From positions 62,001-126,000 of the forward strand of contig NW_019028999.1 in NCBI RefSeq assembly GCF_002105155.1: DNA of 64,000 bases, read 5' to 3'. The position numbers and the translations under genes were made by a program. Under the pieces are notes generated by a model that saw only the letters and a list, made by a program, of their open reading frames with translations, made no database searches and had not been told where the DNA came from. This stretch comes from Lobosporangium transversale (lineage: Eukaryota). The number at the start of each line of letters is the position of its first letter. The stretch's first letter is position 1. Positions 31,475-45,089 of this stretch are shown here, piece after piece.

Positions 31475-32333
31475 TTTGATAGTTAGATATGTGAGTGAAG
31501 GAGAAAGAAATAAAGAAAAGAAAAGTCTGGTAAAGGTAGAGGTAGAGGTCGAGTGAAATGAATGTTGATGAGTTAAAAAAAAGTTTAGAAATGTTGTGGT
31601 TTTTATACAGGAAATGAGCATGATCGCAAGAGCTATGCCATTTGAAATAGTTTTATTTTTATTAACTCCTTGAGCAAAATGTAGAATTCTTTGAGCAGGA
31701 AGCACTGTAACCGCAAAGCGACACAACATTTTGCTTATTGTGTGTTTGCATAAATGAACCCGTGCATTTTGATCTAGCCATTTTTCTCTTGGAGGCTCGT
31801 TTACAAGCACCATGACATGGTCAAGTTGGTTCCATCCTGTCTTTATCATAAAAATCAAAGGGAATCTTGCCAAGAGTTTTGATCTGCCCGCTGTCCTATG
31901 ACAGGCACCGCCAAGTTAATGCGCCCCCATAGATGTATTATATTTTTGAATGTCACGTTTATCTGGCGCTCACAATAAGGCATACAGAGGTGCTCCTTTT
32001 AAAGAGCCAAACACTCTCAAAGAGCAAGAGTAGTCATACCAATGAAATGGCATGTATATATTATTATAGCTTCGCCACCACTCATTCGATCCAAACAATC
32101 CGCTTGGTGAGACGCGTTTCAGTGTGTACGAAAGCGTCATCAAGCGTTACATTTCTTTGGAATACTTGCCACATTGCCTTTTTTTCTTTTATATTATTTA
32201 ACGGTGTATTTTATTTATCCTTTATTTAGTTGTTAACGTCCCCAAGTCAAAGAAAAGTTGTCCATCAAAAACGTCATCAGCCGCAGATCTGTTCCAGAGT
32301 TGCTATGAAAGTGTGCACAGACAAAGCCTCCTT

Positions 32334-32850
32334 TTAACAAAAACAAGTGGTCTGGTGTGAGGTAACTGTATCTTGCTGAAGACGAACGTTAGCAGGCGCC
32401 TGCTTCTGCCAAAGGCTTGGGGTATCGATGATCTGCTGTACAAGCTCATCAAATGCCTGCTGGACACCCAGCTTGGTCTTGGCACTACACTCTACAAATA
32501 ATGTTTGAAGCTGGCGTGCCAATTCCTGGCCTTCCTGTCTACTAACTTCTCTGCTAGAATCCTGTTAATATCCATGGTAACCGCAAGGTAAGAGCAGTAA
32601 GTGAAAAAAGGAAAAAAAATCATTCAGTCTGACGGATCGCCCACGTCATTGGCCTCGTGAAATGAGAATAATAGACTGGTATTAACAAGTTGTTGCAGTA
32701 CCTTGTCAACTTTGTTTCCGACAATCATACGAACAACTTCCTTACTGGAACAATATGTATCAAGCTCGTTGAACCAAGTCTGCAGGTCATTGAAAGAATC
32801 TCGGTTGCTGACATCATAGACTGTGTTTCCCGTTATACATGATAGAGACA

Positions 32851-32884
<34 letters not shown>

Positions 32885-33347
32885 AACAAAAAATTTAGGA
32901 TACGTGGCAAGTTCATGTGTCAACTATATTAGAGTGTCTGTGCTCGAGTCACAACACTTACCTAGGATTACACCTTGTGCCCCACGATAATAAGAAGATG
33001 TGAGCGTCCTAAAGCGCTCTTGACCAGCGGTATCCTAGTATTATCATAAACATGCAGCCCGAAGCAGCATTAATATTCGGTTTCGAAAGTCATATGATAC
33101 TGAGCCGGGCAGTAGAGAAGGTTGAATGAATACGCACCCAAATAGTAAGTTTATATTTCTTGCCTTCCACATCAATGACTTTGACTTTAAAGTCAACGCC
33201 AATGGTTGCAGAGATCTCGTCGGGAGCAAGGAATACGCCATCAACGAAGCGCATGAGCAAACTACTTTTTCCAGTACCACTGCTGCCGATGAGTAGAAGC
33301 TTGAGCGTGGCAACGGTCTCTGACGAGGACGAGTGGGAGTTGGACAT
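32334..33347 (-). CDS. RAB18: Rab18 small GTPase; exons 33138-33347, 32962-33034, 32702-32820, 32334-32561
   Basis: [67 protein letters not shown]-terminal CxC (TTCFC). Confidence 0.93.
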
Positions 33348-33705
33348 TGTTAATTTTTCTAGTTTTCTGGTTAGTGGTTAGCGTAGGTAGAAGCGGGAAT
33401 GCAGGAGGCGGCTGATGACTATATGGATTTGAAATATGGTAATTGTGAGAAATGACAAGAGCCGAACAATGAATTAAATGAGTGAATGGACTCGAATGAA
33501 TGGTGCTGTTTTGTATTGAATGGAAGACAAAGTTGAAAGGATTAGCACACGCCAGCCAAACATGTCAATTACCCCAGCAACTCAAACTGGGCGAACTGGT
33601 CACGCTTTTAGTGACTGTGAGGAAGCCACGCCTTCAAGGAAACCTTTATCCATTGACGCGTCCACTCTTTCTCATTCTTTTAACTCTCTTAACATAAACT
33701 TTACC

Positions 33706-35968
33706 ATGGCTCCCAACGATCCTTCCTTTGACGAGATCATCTCAAAGATCCAGTCATGCTCCGATACCACAGCTGTCACAAAGACACTCGCTCCCTTTCT
33801 CAATAACCTTAGTGAACAGGTCTTCGTTGCACGATCCCACGGTCAAACTGACCCCATTGACGCGCTCTCGCCCGCTCTTCATTCTTTCGCCTACCTCTAC
33901 TTTCTGTATGTTATCGAGTTTTCGATAGCGGATATAGTCGCTTTTTTAAGACGATAATGCGCCAATTCTCATCGTTTATGGCTATTACTAAATGTAGCTG
34001 AAGGTTTTATTCTCTATTTTGTTAACATGTGGACTTCTATGAATTACATGTTCATCTCTTAGTGTATACCGATGCAAAGCTTCACATGGTTTCCATCCTT
34101 CATTACTGGAAAAAGTGTGGGCATTCGTCACATCATGTGATGGAGAGCAGGTCCGCTTGGCTTCCGACAAAGGTTCGCTCACATTTCACCCTTTTTTTAA
34201 AGGCGCTGCAATAATTGCCACCACTTAACATAATTTCTCAATAACTGCGTAGCATTGAGCTTCGCGGAAGCTCTGGTCAAAATGGCTACAGAGTCATCAC
34301 AGGTAATATATCAACTATATCAATCCCTCTACATATATATCCAATAAAGGTTCTTGAACTAAAACAAGCCTCTTTTAAATGCTTCATATAGCCTATCATT
34401 GCCATCAGACCTCTCGCAGTTTTCATTAAGAGAATACAGGCAACCCCAGGCCAGCTCACTATGATACACCCCCTTCTCGCAAAGGTATGGATAAAGATTG
34501 ATTTTTCCTCTTTTGCTGCATAACCATTGTCCAACCTGATTTGGTAGTTTAACTTGACTCCTCCTCCAATAGACATGCTTGCTGGCACAGTCATTCAAAG
34601 ATATTATTCCTATCCTTGACAATGATATTTCAGATGTTAATCCTTCGGTATGTTTAGATAATGGCGCTCAATGACTTTTTTTATTTTTATGTTTATTTTT
34701 CGTACAGTAAACTTATTGTCTATATCATGTTTTTTGTATTTCAATGAACCCTAGCTCACACATATCGATTACAAAGACTTTCTACTTTACCATTATTATG
34801 GAGGAATGATTTATGCATACCTTAAAAAGTTCGAGCGCGCTGTGGAATTTTTCAAATTGGTAGGCAGGACATGTTATATCGATATTCAATATACATTTAA
34901 CAAATACCTATCAAGATCACTTATTGACCATCGCAGTTTTGATGGGCTATGCTTAGGCTGTCTCTGCCCCTGCAGAAGTCGCTAGTGCTATTCAGATTGA
35001 AGCATACAAGAAATATGTGCTTACAAGTTTGCTACATTATGGCAGGGTAATATACCTGAGTTAGTACAACTGAACACTTGTGGGAAGGAAATACAGTTTT
35101 TAAAGAATATTTTGAACTATTTTACCAACAAACAGGTTTTAGCGCTACCTAAATATACGGCCAACGCCGTTCATAAGTGTATAAAACTTCATTGCATACA
35201 ATACACAGAATTTGCCGCAGCTTATGAAAAACGACCGAATAGCGTCATCAAGTCAGAATTTGAAAGAATTAAGCCTGTGTTTCAGCGGGACAAGAACCTT
35301 GGATTAGTCAAGCAATGCATGGAAGCTCTTCATCGCCGAAATATCCAGGAACTCACGCGCACGTACTTGACTTTGTCTATTGAAGATATTACATCTACTA
35401 TTGGCCTCGGATCAGAACCAGATGGAGCACGGCGTGTGGAAGGGATCATCAACCGCATGATCGAATCAGGTGCTATCTTTGCAACGATCAGTCACGAGCA
35501 TACGGGAGGAATGGTATCTTTCCTTGATGACCCCAACCAACATAATAACACTATTACTATGGATATGATCAATGAGCGAATTCAAAAGGCAACCGCTATC
35601 ACATCTAATCTTGCTGCTATGGATCAGACTATCTCTACCATGCCATCATATATCAGCAAGGTTTGTTGAATGCACTGGAAAGATGAGGGAAGTCCACTCA
35701 TAAAAAAAGCCTAACCCAATGTGCTTGATGTATTAACACTTATAGGGCTCACATTTCGCTGACCGGGCTGGCTATTCCATGGATGATGGTGACTATGGTA
35801 TGCACATGGGATATGACAACTATGTTGAAGAAGGTCCGTCTCGTATCCAATCGTCTTTATTTTTTTTTTTTTTTATTTATTTTTTTTTTTTTTTTGCCAC
35901 TACCTGATTGCGGAATGGAAATTGACCTGCTTGCTTCGATACATTCATCAATAGAAAGCTACCTTTAG
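33706..35968 (+). CDS. CSN3: COP9 signalosome subunit 3; exons 33706-33905, 34063-34172, 34253-34302, 34392-34484, 34573-34647, 34755-34859, 34957-35046, 35136-35660, then 35746 onward (3' end uncertain)
   Basis: Motifs QLTMIH, DFLLYHYYGGMIY, SAIQIEAYKKYVL, LPKYT and PCI domain DKNLGLVKQC...NIQELTRTYLTLS; exon phases are consistent. Confidence 0.88.
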
Positions 35969-38650
35969 TGAACCAAAAAGGCGACGTGTAGGTGCAGAAG
36001 TCAAAGCAGCATATCCTAGCAGTTGCCAACAAAGGACAAAAGAGGAGGCGAAAGAAATAGAAGCAGGAGCGAAAGAGCTGTAGTTAGGTGTTGATATGAA
36101 GCAAAGACTTCACATCGCGGTTAGACCATCATAATGAGATGCCCAACTTGTAGAGTGCAGATGAATGATATGGATATTAACTATCTGGATGAAATCAACG
36201 CTAAAATACACCTTTTCACAATAAAATACTACGCTTCACATTTTTTCATCTTAAGAAATGGTGCCTTTTTTTAGTGAAAAGCATTCTTAAAGGCGCATAT
36301 TACTCAGTTGGAGCTGGCCAATTTATTTATTTCATTTTTTCTCCGTAGCATTCTTGATACCCCTAATTGATCTGTTCAGTGGTTCCCCTTTTATGAGGTC
36401 CTCTCCTCTTTTCTTCCTATTTAGTTTCATTTCAAGTTGATAGGTACTCTCGACATGCATACTCTCTTTGCGATATCTTTTTTTAGGTGTCAATGAATGT
36501 GTGTTCGTAAAAAGTATCAATCAGTTCTTCTTTTGTCGACTGTTGAAGCCATTTGGGCCTATTTCGTGATGAAGAGAGCTAGTTTTTTTCCAATACCCTC
36601 CAGTTATATCCACAGTATGCAATGATGGGGCCTTGTACGGGCTCCATTTTTGATTACATAATATTTTTCTGTTGCTCTCGATGGCGTTCTAGATCTGACA
36701 TGATTTATTAGTCCACATACTAGTGTTATTGTCACTACATTTCTATTATGGTAGAATGGTAGGCCACTAATTATTCGCGCTTTGGACGAACTTGGAGAAC
36801 CTCCTTGTAGCTGTTTTTACTTTGGTAAAGTCAAGGATTCGCAGAATGCAAAACAGATCAATGAAGCACAAGACGCAGAGAAGGAGCACTCGATAACCCT
36901 GGATTTATGCTAATCCTAATCTTTCATCTTCGTCCTCTTCGTCGCCCTTGTCGATGATCTTAGGGCTTCCAGGTTGCAGAAAGCAATCGAGTTATTTTTT
37001 GTTGTTAATCACTGCTCTGAATATGTACAAAGGAGATTGTTAGGCGTTTTAATTCACACATCTAGAGATACGCAAGAACGCGATGTCAGATAGCCTGCAC
37101 CCGATCAGCGAATAGTTCGATTAATTGTTTCTTAAGCCTCTCCTTCTCAATGCTTCCACCTTTATCTTCTGTAGAGACTCACAAGCACTTCATCCAAATA
37201 GGCATATTAGGCATCTTAATAAAATGATCTTGAATAGTCAGAGTAAGTTAGCATCATACCGAATCAAAATGTGGCGAAAGTAAACTGTTAGAAACCTTTT
37301 CGATCCTTAGCCTTAACCTTGGCCCAATCATGGGCGCGAGCCACATAGCAACTATCAATGTCGATGTTTTGGATATCCGGTAAATCAGTTGTGGTATACC
37401 CTACCGCAAGATTGCTGGCCCAGAATACTCAGTTTGTGTGGAAATCAAACCAAAGATCATAGCGCGTACCTCGTACAGAGATGCTACAAGGGGTAAGGGG
37501 AGACATACAATCTATCCGCATGATCCATGACCACATATAAAAGGAATTGAGCACGGACCAACTCTGTTGCCTGGAGAAGAGGAATAAACTTTAATAATTA
37601 AGTGCTGCCTTGGTAATTTGACTAATTATCTTTTTATTAATGTTTGTGGGGGATACTCGTATTGACGCCATCGACGTCTTCAAGAGATATGAGCTACAGG
37701 CTCAACCAGCTGTAAATTCGGATGTTGTGAGAGTATTAAGAAATCATCCTCCACAAACAAGCGTAATGATATTGGTATACTTTTGTCAGTTCACAGTATG
37801 GTACCTCTTGTTCCTGCAGAGATTGTTTCATTGGTTAAATGCTCTTGGCTTTGTTATAATATATACAGCCTAATTGATAGCATTGGCTTTACCCAAGAAG
37901 ATTTTACCCATGGACTTTTCCATCGATGACGATGCTGCAAGGATCCCACGTTAATTAACATGCATTGCCACAGCAGACAAAATGGTGGTCACGCACTTCA
38001 CTCTCCGAAAGTTTGTGGCCGACTGTGCTTCCATGTCACTTCATCCACTTTGAATGCTGATAGTTGCTCCGCCATTAACCATCAATACAACTACATACAT
38101 TATTATTGCTATTGCTCTTGCAATCGCTCATTCAGACATTCCATCCTGTCATCTTAATGTCAAGCCCTATTCTCAAGACTGATCATCTATAACAGGACTT
38201 TCTCTCTTTTGTACCTTTAAGTCCCATTGGTATGGCTTGAATAAAAAGACATCAACGCACTGGGAGTGACCGTTGGGGATACATGCACATGTTCTCAAAC
38301 TACAATAACAAGCGTGGAAGTAGTAACAACAATAGCAACAATAGCAACAATAGCATATTATTCACAGACAATGGATACTTAATGACCTGGTGTGTTGAGG
38401 AAACTCAATGCATTAACATGTCTGTCTTCTCCCTCTAGGTCTCTTAGTGGAATGTCTTTTTCAACGCTCCGACATAATTGTTTGTTCCCTCTCACCCATT
38501 TCTCATTGTGCCCTTTGTTTTTCTTTACATGCTGACTGACAATGCAAGCCAACGGCGTTGGTATTTTTGGATTCTTTTTGATTGTCCTGTCCAATAGGGT
38601 TTCTTTCCCCGACCTTTAATAAAAGTGCAAAATCTGCCATTGTGAAAAAA

Positions 38651-39861
38651 ATGGCTACGCCTCTGTCTCCTGTTCTCGACTGTACTGAGTTTGTGGCTGC
38701 AGAAGGCCGGTATGAGTTACTCCAAGATATCTTTTTAGACCAAGTACTCCCACATCCAGTCATCCATACCTACGTTTCATCTGTCTCTGTCAAGTATAAA
38801 GACTATCCAAGCAGTAACAGTGCAGGAACAAAGGCGCATGCGAAACAGGCAAGTTCAGAGAACACGCTTACAGCTTCGAATATCGATCGTTTGGAGGAAC
38901 GTCTCAAGGATTTCAAACTCAAGGATGAACGCGGCAATGTGATTGACGATGATGTTGCTGCTGGAGCCGTAGGACCGCGCTCAACAGGCAGCAGCAACGG
39001 AGGTGTTTCATCAAAGAATTTTCATGGCAATTTGGTTGACTTGCCACTTTACAATGAGGACCCCTCTAATGGATATAAGAGCCCTCGCAACGGAATAATG
39101 TCTCCTGGGCTCCCACAAGTTATAACGCCAGGACCACCTCCGCTCAAAGACTCTACTTCCTCGAACAATCGTCACTCAGACCCATACTCACAATATGGAC
39201 CACCACCACCCATGCCTCAGCCACCTCAACTTCAACAGCAACATAGCTTTTCCAAGAGTCTAAGCAGAGCAAGCAGCTACTACTCGCAGGGACAGGAAGA
39301 TAATAATGGGTTGAGTGTATCCTCAGCTGGTACAGGAGGCTCATCTGCAGGGTTCTCGTCATTTTTTAGTGGCAAGAGAAAGAAGCCCAAGAATAACATT
39401 ACCAAAACAAACTCGACTTTTGTGACCAAGATCACAACACACGAGAACTTAGCCAAAATCCTTGCAAACCGCGCAGGTGAGGACGTCTATCTCTTCTGGA
39501 ACACCGGAAAGACATTTACGTGGAGTGACCTAGGACAGAAGCCAAATGTGAGTAAAAGATCATCATCGCCATAGGCTGTCAGAGTATTATCAAAGAATAT
39601 GGTACTGTTGGTTTACTAACTATCGACTACCCTACTGCCAATTATACAATAGGAGCCATTATCACATATCCTATTCAGTAAAGCGTTCCCTTCATCGCAT
39701 GATGTCAACGTCCTCACTCGAAGTTGCGATCATTTGGATGTTATCATTGGGTTCTCGACAGGAGACATCATCTGGTTTGATCCGCTCTGTAATAAGTATT
39801 ACAGACTTAATAAACAGGTAAGTAGAGTGGAACTAAGGCTCAGAGGATATATTATGATTCT

Positions 39862-39896
<35 letters not shown>

Positions 39897-41922
39897 CATT
39901 TTTCTTATTAAAAAAGATGTAGCTAACATTGCGAATATGGCATATCATTGACTCGTACAATAGGCTATCATCAAGGATAGTGCAGTGACAATGATTAAAT
40001 GGATGCCAGGGTCTGAAAGTCAGTTCATGGCAGCATTCCATGATGGAAGTATTCTAATTATGGATAAAGAACGAGATGACAACGCCTTCTCGGTACCGGC
40101 GTCATCTAACGAAAATGTGTATGTCTTTTCTTTTTGTATACTTTTTCCTGCAATACAGGGCTGCTTTGCTTCTGCCGATTACTAAATCCTTCTGCTGATC
40201 ATTTGGCTGTAGATTTCAAGTCACTAGACCGAAAGGCAAACACAATCCAATATCTCATTGGCAAGTCAGTAAAAAACCAATTACAGGTACGGCGAACTTG
40301 TTTATGGCTACATGATTTTGAGTTAAAAACTGTACTTAAGCTTATCGGTAACTAATACAAAAAGACTGATATTAATACTTAATGCTACTACTAATAATAA
40401 TAATAAAATAGCATTCGCTTTCTCGCCAGATCTGCAGCATGTGGCGGTGGTATCGATGGACGGTTGCCTAAGAATAATCGACTTCCGAAATGAGAGACTT
40501 CTAGATACCTTTTCTGCTTACTTTGGAGCCTTAAATTGCGTTTGCTGGAGTCCTGACGGGAAATATATTTTAGTAGGACTAAGCACTATCTAATTGTTAC
40601 TATCATATAGTTTATAAACTCGAATAGGATGCTGCTTTTAACCTTTAAATACCTTTTCTTTACGTGCATGCTTTTGTAGACTGGAGGTCAGGACGATCTT
40701 GTGACGATCTGGTCGTTCAAGGACCAAAGGATTGTGGCTCGTTGCCAAGGACACCAATCATATGTTACTGGCGTTGCATTTGATCCTTGGAGATGCGACG
40801 AACGAAATTATCGGTTTGGTAGTGTTGGGGAGGATGCAAAGCTTCTCCTTTGGGACTTTAGTGTCAGCGCCCTTCACAAACCCAAGGCTGTAAGTTCACA
40901 TAATCTCTTTGTGCTCATTTTACTATTCCTTTAAAGTCAGCATATTTCCGAGCAAAATAATTGAACTAAAAAACTCTGTGGCCATGTGAACTCACCGTTA
41001 TTTTACAATGTAGGCTATCGCCCATAGACGTGGAAGCAATGCCACTGTACTAAACATGGCAGGATCAGGAAGCGCAGGCTACAAACCAGGACATGCGAGT
41101 AAAGGAAGCATTAGCAGTCTTCGTGGTTCCGGTGGGCATAGCTTATTTTCTGGACACCATACCAGCAAACCATCGACTGCACAGCCGCTACAAACAACTC
41201 CAACACCAGCACCAGCGGCAGCAATATCATCCAGCAACCACCATCACTATCACCAACATCCACCTGCTATTGCAGAGGAACCTTCGCCAGAATTGGTTAG
41301 TAGCGATACAACTACTGTAGCATCATTAAGTCAACATAGCGGCATGAGCGAACCTCATCCTATGGCATCAGCAGGGGGAGGCAATTCATCGTCAATGTTC
41401 TCTATCTATTCTTCAACGCCAGCTTCGGACATTGGTCGCAGCCGTGCGTTTTCAGCCAGCACAGCCATGACCAGCAGTGCAGCGGGGATAAAAACCTTTT
41501 CGTCTTCACCTTCATCGTCGAATAACAGCGATATAAATAACGCAAGCTCATCGAATGCAGTCTACAAAAAATCTTCACATGCACGCACACTACCACATTT
41601 GCACCTTTCCAAGCAGCAGGCTCACTATCCTGACAATACTTATGGAGGAGAGCACATGAACAGCCAACAGCAAGGACAAGGATATAGTTCTTCATCCATT
41701 TTCCGAAGCAACAGTAATGTACAAAGCAACGGTAGCGTGCAGCTAGTGCGGCCCCCTGAGCCGAGATCACATGTAGCCATGCTGCAACCACTGATGGTCA
41801 AAAGCGTCCATCAAGAACCATTGGCAAGCATCACTTTTAGGGAGGATGCCATTATGACAAGCGACCGAAGGGGACATATTAAAGTCTGGAAGCGTCCACC
41901 TGTTTCACCTCAACACCGTTGA
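38651..41922 (+). CDS. creC: WD40 protein CreC/WDR20-like (deubiquitinase-associated), multi-exon
   Basis: [101 protein letters not shown]; long S/H-rich insert before the last blade. Confidence 0.88.
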
Positions 41923-42173
41923 AGACAATTCTTACTCTTATAACAGATATAAAAAAAAATGCCAATGTATCTCCTCCTCAACTCTGATGACTATGCTCTT
42001 TCTTCAATTGGTATATTATTATTATTAAGGCCATTACTTACATACAAATGATTAAAGGGAAGTACAAATATCTAATCATATGATAGAAGGACATTCTAGA
42101 CAATTAAGACTATATGTTTTTTATAAGCGAGCAAGCGAGTGAGTAGAAGAGAAAGGCTGACTACAGTACAAAA

Positions 42174-45089
42174 TTATACAAAGATATGAGTATTGACATG
42201 ACTATCTGGATGGACCATCATTTCTTGGCTTTTAAACTGGTTCATCTCAATTTTAATTTTCTGAGCCAAGGAAGGCGAAAGGCGATGGGCGGTCGTGTTT
42301 GGATCGCTAGTACGGTCGTATTGGTCGGAGGGCCAGGTGAAGTGGATTGAAGGCTGTGCTGTTGAAAAGCAGAGCTTACGCACGGGCTTTGGATTGAAAG
42401 AGGAGAGCTTGTTATTCTTGTTGGTATTAAGCGTGTGCTGGTTTAGATGACAGAATGAGCGTGGGCTCTGACGATGATGCTCCTGATGCCGATATTGATG
42501 TTGGCTGTCACATTGTTGTTTAGAAATATAGTGGGTAGAATGAGATGGATAATGCGTGTAAGACATGGCGCCTTGATGTGTGCAAGAACATGAAGTCGAG
42601 GCAAGAGCGTTCATAAACTGCTGTTGTTGCTGTTGTTGTCGCTGCTGGAGGAGCCTATGTTGATGTTGCTGTTGCTGTTGGAGCTGGAGATGATCCATGT
42701 ATGGTTGCTGCTGTTGATGCTGAGCTCCATGATATTGCTGTTGCAGCTGATAGGGCTGGTGTCGATGGTTGGTAGATATATCAGGCGAACCATGCGAAGT
42801 TTGACTACTGCTGTAACTCACAGCAGTTCCAGCATTCCCTTGCACATATGGCGCTGTTGATGAGAGCCGGTACCGGCTTAAAGTCTGTATTCCGATTTTT
42901 GAAGAGGCAGAGTCTTGTCGAGATGAAGCTTCGTAGGGATGAAGGTAAGTATCATGATGCTGAGCTTTCTGTCGCCGTTCCTGTACTGAGGATACTGCGG
43001 CTGTGGAAATAGGCGCGACCTTTGGTTTAAGGGGCAGCGTTACAGGTTCATAACCTGCGGAATCTTGTTGAGGATAACCATGATGTTGATGGTGATAACG
43101 TTGATTAATGTATGCGCCGCTCTGATTCTGGTAGAGTGGAGCGAAGCGTTCTAGAGGCTGCTGCGCCTCCAACGCCAAAGGATCTGCATAATAAATACTC
43201 TCATGCTTAATTTCAGAGGAGTGTTTGATTGAATTCCGTTGCTTCCGATCTAGAGACGAGCATTGCCCTTGCTGTCTTGCTTGTCGTCCTGCAAAGCTGC
43301 GCTGATGTCTGTGCCCTTCAGGCCTTGTCGCCCTTTCACTGATGCTTGGTCCATGCCCTTCAGATGTGGGTTGACTAATTGGACTAGCATTTGGCGAGAG
43401 ACTAATCGCTGGAATTCCTGAAGCACTTGGAAGTTCACAGACACCTAATACTGGTAGTGATGGCTGTTGGTATTGAGGCTGAAGCTGTTGCTGTTTTTTG
43501 AGTGAAGATGCGTGCTGACGATGCCGAACCAAAGCTGATCGAAACGATTTGTTCTCAGAGGCGACGGTCACCATTGGAGTATTCATAGTGCTCGGAATCT
43601 TGCCTTTTCCCTTTGTTTGCTTGCCAAACGCCCCATAAATCTTTGACATTTTGGTCGGCTCAGCTGTAGTCGTCGGCATCACAACCTTGGTATCTATTTT
43701 CGAGCTGCAATTTTTTGACTCTACAGATAATGGCTCGATATCGCTGCTTGTCACAGTACTATTTGTCTGAGCTGTATGATCTCTCTTCCAAGAAGATACT
43801 CTCTGCTCATTTAATTTAGATACAGGTATGTCTGACAAATCATTGAGTGAATGTCTTCGTCTATAACCTGTGATCTGGCGACCTACGGTAATCAAAGGGT
43901 TCTCAGAAGTGGCTGCATACGACGAACGTCGTTTTGGTGGCCGTTGTTTCTTCCTACTTTCAGAAGAGGTTTCGGTAGTGTCTGATCCTCTTGAACTAAA
44001 AAAAGACGTGATGGATGCGAGCGACAGCCGCTTCTTAATTCTTCTCGACGGTGATGGCTCAAGGCCCAAACACTCAGCAGATTCGGGCCGCGTGGAAGTG
44101 GTCGGCAAATCTGTGGCTCCAGTAACTGAAACTGTGCTTGGATGCAGTGTTTGTGTCGTTACATTAGAGCCAGGATACTGATCCTCGGCGTATCCAATAG
44201 CCAGATTAAGTACCAAATCTTCTAGATCAAACTGCAAGTGGGAGCGTGATAACCGTTGCGGCAGCTGCTGCTGTTCTCCATAAGGAGCTATGGTAGCAAC
44301 AGCATGTGGCTTCAATTTAGGAGATCCTGATGGAGAAACATCAGGTGAAGTCAGAGGCGTATTTAGACCAAACTCTGCGTGGCCTACGGACATTGCTGTG
44401 CCACCAGAACTCAAAGAGGATACCGAGCCTCGATGTTGAACTAATTCTGAATCGAATGGCAAAAGGCCTCCATCCTGCCGAACTGATGACAAGGAGATGA
44501 TATCCTCAAGACGAGATTGCTGCCGATTTGTCATATCACTTTTGGTATGGTTAGAGAGGCTAGGGGCTGATTTGGTCTCAGGGAATCCTTCCTTGGCGGA
44601 TGGTATGGTCGCTGATTTGTTGAACACCCTTCGGATCTTTGACACAAAGAGCTTTTTGCGGCCTCTTCCTTCATTGTCCGGAGCACTCGAAGCCATAAAT
44701 TGATTCGATACTCTGATACCGGGAATGGAAGGTAACGGTTGAATAGTGGGTGCTGATACCAGTAACGAAGCTGGTTGCCATTTCTCCCCAAATGAAAAGC
44801 TAGGTGGTAAGGGCGAAGAAGGAGAGGAAGAGGAAACTAGGCCTGAAGGTGTAGAAGAGAGAGGAAGGAATGATGAATGGGCTGTGGCTATTGTAGCCTC
44901 TGTAGGTATGCTCGTAAATGGCAAATAAGGTTCTAGAGTCGACTGTAGGGGATGAATTGGACGCTCATAAACATGGTATGTTGATGTTTGGGAAGAATGA
45001 CTGTAGCGATCATGGGTTCCCAAATAGGTCGTGCCTTGCGAGTCAACTGCAGTTGGAGAATTGTCTTGAGTGATGGAGGCCCAGAGCAT
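42174..45089 (-). CDS. Intronless low-complexity protein of about 971 aa with a C-terminal Bni4/Phactr-type PP1-binding domain
   Basis: C-terminus RKLCFS...TWPSDQYDRTSD...RLSPSLAQKIKIEMNQFKSQEMMVHPDSHVNTHIFV matches the Bni4/Phactr tail pattern; ATG at 45089 is the assumed start. Confidence 0.75.
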   Translation of the reverse strand: MLWASITQDNSPTAVDSQGTTYLGTHDRYSHSSQTSTYHVYERPIHPLQSTLEPYLPFTSIPTEATIATAHSSFLPLSSTPSGLVSSSSPSSPLPPSFSFGEKWQPASLLVSAPTIQPLPSIPGIRVSNQFMASSAPDNEGRGRKKLFVSKIRRVFNKSATIPSAKEGFPETKSAPSLSNHTKSDMTNRQQSRLEDIISLSSVRQDGGLLPFDSELVQHRGSVSSLSSGGTAMSVGHAEFGLNTPLTSPDVSPSGSPKLKPHAVATIAPYGEQQQLPQRLSRSHLQFDLEDLVLNLAIGYAEDQYPGSNVTTQTLHPSTVSVTGATDLPTTSTRPESAECLGLEPSPSRRIKKRLSLASITSFFSSRGSDTTETSSESRKKQRPPKRRSSYAATSENPLITVGRQITGYRRRHSLNDLSDIPVSKLNEQRVSSWKRDHTAQTNSTVTSSDIEPLSVESKNCSSKIDTKVVMPTTTAEPTKMSKIYGAFGKQTKGKGKIPSTMNTPMVTVASENKSFRSALVRHRQHASSLKKQQQLQPQYQQPSLPVLGVCELPSASGIPAISLSPNASPISQPTSEGHGPSISERATRPEGHRHQRSFAGRQARQQGQCSSLDRKQRNSIKHSSEIKHESIYYADPLALEAQQPLERFAPLYQNQSGAYINQRYHHQHHGYPQQDSAGYEPVTLPLKPKVAPISTAAVSSVQERRQKAQHHDTYLHPYEASSRQDSASSKIGIQTLSRYRLSSTAPYVQGNAGTAVSYSSSQTSHGSPDISTNHRHQPYQLQQQYHGAQHQQQQPYMDHLQLQQQQQHQHRLLQQRQQQQQQQFMNALASTSCSCTHQGAMSYTHYPSHSTHYISKQQCDSQHQYRHQEHHRQSPRSFCHLNQHTLNTNKNNKLSSFNPKPVRKLCFSTAQPSIHFTWPSDQYDRTSDPNTTAHRLSPSLAQKIKIEMNQFKSQEMMVHPDSHVNTHIFV

